DNA of 64,000 bases, taken from assembly GCA_028534125.1 (NCBI GenBank), contig CM052816.1:16618001-16682000 (forward strand), read 5' to 3'. The notes beneath the pieces are model-generated. The model saw only the letters and a program-made list of their open reading frames with translations, was not told the origin of the DNA and did no database searches. The DNA comes from Lama glama (Eukaryota). Shown here one piece after another: positions 55,301 through 64,000 of this stretch (its first letter is position 1; every line of letters begins with the position of its first letter). A program made the position numbers and the translations under genes.

Positions 55301-56369
55301 TGTTAGGCTCCCTCTTGACAAACTCCGACTCACCCTTTGGATCTCATTCTAGAGCGTTCACTCCCTCTTTTATTTCACTCTCACAGCATTCTTAAGTACT
55401 TGTGTATTTCCGCAATTTTTTTTATTACTCACAAGTATAAAATCACAAATGGCTATATACACAACTGAAAGCTCCACGAAAGTAGGCCCTGTTACCTGTT
55501 TGGTTCTCAGTATCCTCAAGAAAACCAGGCCTGGCAATTTGGACCCAATATCTGAATGACTCCAGCTGACGTGAAGAGACATAAAGTAGCCAACGAACGC
55601 TCCTAACTCAAAAAGACAACTGCCCATTTGATTCAACACTCTCCCCACCTCCACTCTCAGACCAAACCATTCACGGCATCAGATACCTCAGGTCTCCAAC
55701 ATCAGACAGCCCCTGCTTTCTTCCCCCCAGTAAAGTTCCAGGTCCAAAGTGAACCCCTCTTAGCACTTAGGTGGAAAGGAACGTGCCTCTTTTGTCCCTG
55801 CAGGTGGCACGGTCCCGGACTACTCAGAAGTTTCCCAATCCGGACACCCTGGCGGAGAGTCTGAATCCTAGTCCGCGCAGCCGTGACGCAAGCAGGCCCG
55901 AGAGCTTTGTCAGCTATGAAGCCCAGAAGCGCGAGGCGCTTCACTGACGCTTCTCAGACGCAATTCAAACTGCGCGTCCCGGCCCGAGCGCAAAAGCACA
56001 TCGCAGACCGTCAGATGTCCACTCCATTCCAGTAGGTGGGGCGGAAAGGACGATGACCTAAGCCCCTCGCCCTTTAAGAAACACCCCCGCCCCCGTTCTA
56101 GCCAGACTGGGGTCTAAGTAAATCCTCGCGAGAGCCACCTGCTTCCGCTCGCTTCCTGCTCTCGGCTTGCCGGACCGGAAGAAATGAGGTACTTCCCTGC
56201 CCCCGGCTTCTACCTCACAAGGCAGCGCGGCCCCAGCTGCGGCCAATCGGCGGGCTCATTGTAGGCCACGGAGGAGAGAGCCAATGGAAAGTCTCGGTGC
56301 GCGCAGAGCTTCCCCTCTTCCTCATAGGCCCCCTCCCTTCCGCCCGCCGACTTCCACTCAGCCCCTGGC

Positions 56370-56518
56370 GGAGGAAGTGATGTCACAGGCCCCATGTGAG
56401 CGGATTGCAACACATGCAGCTGCCTGGAGAGAGGGAGCCGGTGTCCTACGTCAGAGCCGCCGCCGCGGAGCCGCCGCCGGGGAGGAGCAGCCGCTGCCGC
56501 CCAGGACTGGGCCCTTCG
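56370..56518 (+). other. ETF1: ETF1 exon 1 (5' leader; 5' end approximate)
   Basis: GC-rich leader ending in donor TCG|gtaagc; intron 56519-56679 ends ctctag|. Confidence 0.75.
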
Positions 56519-56679
56519 GTAAGCTAGCGGGACGGAAAAGCCAGCGACCACCGCGGCGGGCCGCGCGGGGCGGGAAGAGGAGGGACTCTCGGGGGTGGCA
56601 AGGAAGGGGGCCTCTCTGCCCCAGCGGCGGCGCTAACTCTGTGGTCTTGGTGTCTCCGGGCCCCGCCGGGCCGCTCTAG

Positions 56680-56784
<105 letters not shown>

Positions 56785-59619
56785 TGAGCGCCGCGTCTGG
56801 GCCCCCCCGTGCCCTCTTGGTTCCCGGACCCCTCAGGATGGCCGCCCCCGCGCCGCATGGCCGGATGAGGAGAACCAGTCAGTAGCCAACTCCCGCCTTC
56901 TGGACCTCTGGGTAGTACCCCCGTCCCAGCGGCGAGGGTCTACGCGGTTGGCCCAAGAAGGGGTACTTCCCCCTCTTTGGGGTAAGGGGCCCCACTCCCG
57001 GGGCTCTGACCACTCGAACCTCTTGTGGTAGGCCACTGCTACTTTTGTACCCTTCCCAGACGCTTGAATCCAGCTCCTCCTCTGAGCTCCAGGTGCTGCC
57101 ACCCGACCCGGCTGCTATTGGGGGAAAAAGGTCCGGCCTTCCTTTCCGATCGCCCTTCCCTGATTTCCTCTCTTCCCCTCCCTTCATGTTCCTCAGCCAA
57201 GCCTCGTTAAAATGGCCTCCCCCTCCCGGGCTTCTGAGACCCTGGTGGGTGAAGTTTGGATGGGGCAGGAAGGAGAGGTGATCAGGGAAACCTTTTTCTG
57301 ACTTCCTCCGATTTCTCTGGGTCTTAGAACTCTCCCAAGATGACTTCCACCAAGTCCTCTAATTACCCTGGAGCTTCCTGGTTTTAGCTGTTACAGGACC
57401 CACCTATAAAGTGAAAATGCCCACGTGTGCAGGGTGGAGGAGTAGGGGAGGTTTTGCTTGGCAGATCTATGTATCTGTATATCCAGGAGAAATCCGGGTT
57501 ATGGGGCCGTTGATATGAACTGTAACAACAGGGTACGTTTTAACCTATCTTTGGAATTTCTAGGGATAGAAGTGCCTGGTGTACTAATGCTTGTTGAAAT
57601 TCAGAACTGAGTTAGCTGGGCTTTAAAACTGCTTGTGTGAATTTTGGTAAGCTATTAGGTGTGTCCATTGTGGAAAGAGTAGGCTAGATTAAAACTGACT
57701 TTATATGCTCTCTTTAAATTTAAAAAAAAAGTTACTCTTTTGGGGAAGATGTGTCAGCGGTATTCCTGTTTTCTCGCTTTATGACTTTATTTTGTTCTTT
57801 TCCCAGTCAAACTTTTTACTCACAGGAAGTGGCAAAAAAAAAAAGTATTTGGAACATTACATATTTGTATGTCTGAGCATTTTTAGAATAACAGAGTGGC
57901 CTGTCCCAGGCCATGTTGAAAGTTGTTTTCAGCAGAGGAATTGGACATTCTGGTTTCCAGCCCAGGTTTTTCCTTGATTGGTGCATTTGCTATAATAGGA
58001 TTAATCAAACTCATAACTGTTACTACTTTATGAAATAAGGTATACTTAGTTCCATTGAAGGCCCAGGGCTAACAGACTGGTTTTACCATTGTGTTTTGTT
58101 CTTAATTAGTGATCTTTCTGCTTGGGATGAAACTTCTGAAAGTTTGGTCCTCTTCAGTCCCTTGGGCTTTTGCTCACTCTTTCTCTAATGTGAATTGAAG
58201 GTAGCAGCTTATTTTTCATTCCTTAGGTTTGTTTTTCTTTGAATTTAAAAATAGAATATTCAGGCCTAGTTAATAATCTTACAGGAACTTGAACACAGAT
58301 GATTCCATGCCACTTGGTAATAATTATTCTCCAACTATGAGAATACTGTGTAGGAGGGGTAATATAGGTCATGACCTATTATGATGCACTACCAGGAATT
58401 AGCCAGGTTCTTTTGTTTCACTAGTATCTTCTGTTGTTGTTTGAATCCTTCAATTGAGTATTGCTTTTATAGATTGCTGTTGTTTAAAGTTGGATGTGAC
58501 CTTTAGATTTGTTTTCCTGTTACTTAAATTTCAAGGAAGATTCACATATTAGAATTTGAGTATATTATAGTCTCTGAAGAAGTCTAAAATGTGAATTCAA
58601 ATTGTAATTTACTTCTTGTCGGAGTGAAATAACTTTGAAGATAACACTGCTTAATAAGGAACAACATTCCTTTCTGCTGCTTGATGAAGGAAGCTCATTC
58701 TTAAATTTGCTCCTAGCCGTGTTACCTAGCCACTTTAAACTTTTAATCTCCTACTTTAAAACTTTTAAAGGCTTTATTCCTTTGTTTAGCAAAGTTCAGT
58801 AAAGTTTGAGGCATGCTAAAAATGAGGTTCTTATACACAACTTTTCTTCCAAGTGATAGTTAGCTTGAACGTTTTAGACAAGATTAAGTTGTCTAAAATA
58901 GCTGGGGAGCAGTCTTCCTCTAAGCATTGTGGTTAATAATCATGTCCTACTTTGCCTACTTGGCTTTTATTCATGATTTGGTTGCATCTTGAGCCCATGA
59001 AAATTTTAAATCTTGGCCATCTCTAGGTATCAGTAAGGGAGTCAATTTTATTCTGCTTGACTCAGAAGTTTCCCAGTACATACCAATTTGGTTTTGGGAA
59101 TAGCAAGATTATATTTTCATAACTGAGTTGTATTAAAGTCAGACTTACTAGATTATCATAGTGTACAGTGAGAAATGTTTTTCCTTCTTTATCTAATGAT
59201 AAAATATTTTTAGGAGAAATGTGATGGTCTTTAAGCACAAACTGGATGGCAAAATGAATCTGTGCCAGTGTTTAAGGGGCAAGTTGTGGAGAAAACAGGT
59301 TGTGTTCAAGCATGGTTATTAGCACTATAGATAGCAAAACTTAGTATAGATTAATAGAATGGTTTTGGAAATGAAGATCTCCACACATGTCCCTCTTCCT
59401 CCCCTCCAGCAATTCTAGGAATGGGAGTCAGATTGTTTTTTGTTTTTAAACACTAACTCTTAAGTACGTTGGGATATAAGTAATTTTGGAATGGAGATAG
59501 TCAGTATGTAATTACCTCTTGATATATGACCCCAGTGTAATATAGCTTTAAAGGGGAACCACTTGCAAAATGGACTCACTGATTAAGTACATCTGTACAG
59601 AGTGAAGTTTCTAAGCACA

Positions 59620-59810
59620 ATAATATACCGAGCACTTAGTATGTTATAGACTCTGGTAAGCAGTACGTTATTTCACTTAATCCTCCCAAGAAGTATTGCC
59701 ACCATTTGGTAGAAAAGGCAAACTGAGGTTGAGAGATTGAATATCTTGCTTTCTGAAATGTCACAGAGCTGGAATGTAGCAAAGCCCAGGATTTGAACCA
59801 ATGTGCCAAA
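59620..59810 (-). mobile_element. MIR
   Basis: atttcacttaatcctccc...aaactgaggttgagag...caggatttgaacc. Confidence 0.65.
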
Positions 59811-60764
59811 CTGTGCGATGGATATATTTTATGTTTAAACAAAATACAAGGCTGGATTTACTCAAATTATAATCTGAACTATAACAGACGGTTTCATGTT
59901 ATCGTGTCTATGGAAGACCATTTATAGGAGCTTAATGGATAAAATGGGGAACTTGCTAGGAGTCTCTTTGTAGCCAGCATCATACTTAATTTTCTGAGTT
60001 GAAAGGATTGTTACACATATAATTTGAATTTAAGTTGGGTGGGACATACGCAGTAGCTTCATACAAGCCTGGTGGAATGTTAGTTTCTGTGTATACTAGT
60101 AAAATAACCAGCCAATACCAGCTGTGTATAAGTCCCACTTTTAAAGCTTAGTGGTAGTTCTTCCTGGTTTATGATGGCTTCTGGTATATCCTCCACAGCC
60201 GGCTTAATGAGAACAAATGTGTACATAAGCCAAAACTAGAACTAGGGCCATGTAAATAGAAACCATGGCTGTGGGTATCTTGAATAAGGGACTAAATCAG
60301 GTGAACATACATAGGATAAAAGGGGGGAAATTTAGGTTGTTTTTTCCTAATGTTTTCTGAGCCAGCAAGAGGTAGTCCCAGAAATAGTGTTGGAAGCTTT
60401 ATAGTTTTCAGTTAATAAAATCATAACCAAAGCCTGTTGTAACCAAGGACAGTGGTGAATGTGACCAAGGAACAGACAAGGTTAATTTGGGCTAAGTTGT
60501 ATCTGTGGGTATTAGAATATCTTTTCACTTATTTTCATCAGGGAATCCTGTAAATTTCAGATACAATGAGGGCTTAGATACCCATGTTTGCGGATCAGTG
60601 CAGTTTATAATAAGCTTCATGAGTGTTCTGTGGAATTTAGGCATCTTTAAATTAAAAAAAAAACTTATAGATACCTTGACTTTGAAGGAAGTAAAAAATT
60701 ACCTGGCTATATACATGAGTATCTTTCCTGTCCCCAGATATAATTGGGGTGGTAGGTGCTATTT

Positions 60765-61520
60765 TTCTCCTCTACTCTGAGTAGTTCTGTTACAAGATTT
60801 GTGGGGTTTTTCCCCACACCAAGCAGTACTCCAAATTCTTAGTGGACACTAGCTGTCCTGCAGTTTAATTAAATTCTGATACTACCTGGAGGTAATGGTA
60901 GATCCCACAAGGTAAAGAAAGGGCTCAGTCCCACAGGACTGCCCCCAAATGCGATGCCAGTGCAAATCCAGGCCTCCCCTACTTGTCAGACAAGCTATAA
61001 ATTGGGTGTTCCAGTGACTCCCTCCTTGGGTTTGATAATTTGTTAGAATGGCCCAAAGAACTTGGGGGAACTATTTATGTTTACTGATTTATTACAAAGG
61101 ATATTATACAGGATACAAACAGCCAGATGAAATGGTACATAGAGCAAGGTCCAAAAAGGTCCAAGTGCAGAAGCTTCTGTCCCTGTGGAACTGGGGTATG
61201 CTACCCGGGTTTACTAGTCCGGAAGTTCATTAAATCTTGTTCAAGAGTTTTTTAAGAGCTTAATCTGCAATTTCCCCTTCCCAAAAATCTGTGGATGGAG
61301 CTGAAAGTTGAACCCTTGAATAGCTTGATCTTTCTGATGACTAGCCCCATCTTGAGTCTAAGAGCCCCACCCTAAGTCATTCCATTGGCATAAACTCAAG
61401 TGTGCTCCTAGGGGACTCCCTGGGAATAACCAAAACACTCCCATCTCAGAAAATTCTAAGGGTTTTAGAATCTTTGCTAAAAGCTGGGGACAAAGACCAA
61501 AATCTCCATAAAATTCTTCA
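60765..61520 (-). mobile_element. MER21-like ERVL LTR in ETF1 intron 2
   Basis: Colinear with 9515-10388 (ggggtttttcc, cagtcccaca.gact, aaggat...ggatacaaa.agccagat). Confidence 0.8.
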
Positions 61521-64000
61521 CATTTTGAGTTAGAAGTTAGTAATTTTATGAGGTCATTGAATAGGTTTAAAATCTAAAAGACAAGTAATATAGACAGATT
61601 GTTTATATGACTTGAGTAAATTATAAAGTATGTAAAATGTGTTTGGGTACTTTCCCCAAGTGAAAATTGTTGATTAGCAGAACATTCACCTAACCGACAC
61701 TTGGAATGTTCTCAAAGTGATGAGTTTCTGATACATTTATTTTTACTTTAGTTCTCCATATCCTTAAAGGGCTGGCTATATAACTAAAGTGATACTTGAT
61801 AGTTTTTCAGTTTCCTGAGAGGGGATGAGTATAGAACAAACAACTACAGAGGTCCTGGTAGCTTCTCACTAAGTGGTCAAAATACAGATGTTCCCTACAG
61901 GTCTAAGCCATAAGAAGAGAGAAAAGAGAGGAAGAGGAGGAGATAAAGGTATATTTGATAGTGTGTAGTGGTGTTCCTCAGGCCACTCCAAGTGTCATAG
62001 GCTGCCTGCCTCAACTCAGAACTAGTTCTAAGTGCCATTGTATTCTGGCATGGTGTTCCATGCACTGTGAACCTAATGAACAATTACTGTCTTTGAATTT
62101 CAACTCTTGACAGACTTCTCATTGTAATAGCAGATACACTTATCCTTCCAGGAAAGGAAGGTTTGCTCTGGACACATTCCTAGGTAAGCAAGAATACCTA
62201 ACTAGAATACCATTTAAGGCAGAATGCAGTGTAGGACCCCAGTCCTGTCTCGTGTTCCTCAGCCCCCCAACAATACGCCAGTTGGACCCTTTTAGCAGAG
62301 GGCCCTTTTTCTTTGAGCTTGGAGTTGAGGCTTTGCTCATAGTGGTCCCTAGTACTGGGAACATGTTCAGTTGTGAGAAAACTTACAATATCAGTTTTGC
62401 AGCAGGGCTGAATGGTTTTAGACCCTATTTAAGGAGTCAGAGGAAAAATAAGCCTCTTCTCTAGAATCACTGCTGGAACTCAGATGGAACTGTCCATCTG
62501 AGAACTTGGGCAGCAGAAATTTCTTCTGAATCCAGCCTTGTTCTCCAGGGGTCTCAGTAGGACCTTCTGGGATACACTGTGTAGGTGTCCCTTAATTCTT
62601 CAGCAGCCTGCTATTTTAGTGAAGGGGAGAAAGGATTTAGGGGAGGTTCAAGATTCTTTCTAACAAGTTGGAAATGATAAGGTTTCTCATTGGGGCAACT
62701 GTCCTGGGAGAACATGATGAAGTTCCCTCTGATAACAGCTTTATCTTATGCCACTGGACGCACTTTGAACCCTTGCTTACTGTCTGTTACAAATGAAAAC
62801 GTCTTTTTCTGTTTCTGTTTTTCTCTTTTCAAACATTGTCTTTTTCTTTGACTCCAGGTGAATCAAGATAAAGCATGATTATGCTTTTTTTCTTACCTCT
62901 TCCAAAACATTGAGCTTAAGAGCCATAATTTCATTATTATACTTGTGGTTACAAAGGGGAAAACAGACTTGATTCTTTTACATTGACAGATTGATCAAGC
63001 TTTCTGTGCTTTAATCAAGTTTTTCTTTCATCTACTTGATTTGTATGTAGATCTGTCTCAAAAGTGTTTACATGTTCACTTTGTCCCTTTTTTAAATTCT
63101 CCAAGTTGTCTTATATCTTTTTTAACATCAATTTTCAGACATGTAGCTTTCATCCAGTGTATTCTTTGTCTTTACTCCTGTCACCATCTTTCCCACCTAG
63201 TTCAGAGGACTTGACATTTTCAGATGCCTGACAGCTTCTTGTTATGCAGATAACTTGGGGGTACTGGGCCTGTACTCGTCTGTTTTCACATTTTCATTTG
63301 ATCATTTAAGGTCTCCTTTAGAAGAATGATCCTTGTCAAAACAAAAGATTGTCTTTTTTTCCTGCCATGTCTGTGGCCTTCTGAATTACATTTTTTTTTC
63401 CTCCAAACCCACATCTAAGTATATGAAAAATGAAGCCCACAAATACATTTTTACTATTCACTAGTCAGTTTACAAGCTTCAAATATCTGCTGTAGGTTGG
63501 ACATTTATACATTTGGTGGAGCAACATGTAATGCATGAGAACATGGTCTGACAGAACCTTGGTATGGTAATATGAACCATTTCCAGCCCCATATTAGTAA
63601 GTGCAGAATAACACAGTACACGTTGAAGGGGGTATAGTGTAAGCAGATGATTTGGGTCTTGAATGAGGTGTTTGGCATTGTCAAAAACTGAAAGATTGTA
63701 TAACTATGTGGGGAGATTTCCTAGGCAAGGCAGATATTGTCAAAGAAAGTTACTTTGGGCATTAGTATCATTTGGCTGATACGGTATCTTTGATACAGTG
63801 GTGCAGTGGGGCTGTAACTCATCTGCAACTTTGAAATGGTAACTGAAATTCCTTCTTGATTAAAAGCCAGTTAGCCTAAAATTAGATTCAAAAGCTTTGT
63901 GTTGGGTGATACTTGGTGAGCTATTAGTGTATTGAAATAGTGCAGAGCATTTTCACATATATGCCTTGTTGGTAAAGTTGGTTTGAACAAGTTTAAGACA

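Overview
Mammalian genomic DNA, most likely a camelid, inferred from several copies of a tRNA-Ala-derived SINE resembling vic-1. The first ~30.8 kb is repeat-rich and has no supportable coding gene. It is followed on the + strand by the complete 17-exon HSPA9 gene (mortalin/mtHsp70; CDS 31520-45384, 2040 nt = 679 aa + stop). HSPA9 hosts SNORD63 in intron 10 and a decayed second copy in intron 11. After ~10 kb of intergenic DNA come the CpG-island promoter, exons 1-2 and part of intron 2 of ETF1 (eRF1). Top observations: (1) an upstream AUG in ETF1 exon 1 reads in frame, with no stop, into the eRF1 CDS (41-aa extension), at a position where I recall human having a UAG; (2) a guide-less SNORD63 paralogue; (3) a polyadenylated, TSD-flanked ~150-bp retrocopy resembling an LTR R region; (4) a 69-bp locally templated insertion inside a MIR; (5) a SINE inserted in the branch-point zone of HSPA9 exon 15. 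Repeat family names are from recognition only and were not checked against a database.
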